A DNA stretch of 56,371 nucleotides from a virus. Its lineage: Duplodnaviria > Caudoviricetes. Below, piece after piece: positions 56,367 to 56,371 of the stretch (positions are counted from its first letter, which is position 1; every line of letters starts with the position of its first letter). The DNA lies in IMG/VR virus record IMGVR_UViG_3300021376_000070, positions 1 through 56,371 of that record; one strand, 5' to 3'. The notes beneath the pieces were generated by a model. The model saw only the letters and a program-made list of their open reading frames with translations. It was not told the DNA's origin and ran no database searches. The position numbers were made by a program, and so were the translations under genes.

Positions 56367-56371
56367 GCGCT

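Overview
A 56 kb stretch of a tailed dsDNA phage, probably most of the genome. It has podovirus-like gene content (P22-like portal and stabilization protein, large ejection proteins) and no DNA polymerase in the window. Layout: a + strand early block (SprT-like peptidase, MoxR/CobS-like AAA+ ATPase, split CobT-like peptidase and vWA genes; 85-5950); a T7/Twinkle-type primase-helicase; a dense non-coding control region with several predicted small RNAs (7950-8690); a recombination block (RusA, PD-(D/E)XK nuclease, ERF, SSB-like, DUF3310, tyrosine recombinase, Ref; 8687-13818); and a long - strand late operon (terminase, portal, GroES-like, scaffold, capsid, small basic proteins, tail and fibres, lysis, ejection proteins, a 3383-aa polyvalent protein). 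Main points of interest: (1) a terminase intein containing an Endonuclease VII-type gene in a different reading frame with its own Shine-Dalgarno; (2) a predicted sRNA complementary to a ribosome-binding sequence shared by several phage genes; (3) 25 copies of the palindrome GTTTAAAC; (4) a cassette-built polyvalent protein whose modules are separated by a repeated linker; (5) a C4/CI-like antisense RNA and a double-pseudoknot leader. All family calls are by-eye motif recognition; no database search was run.
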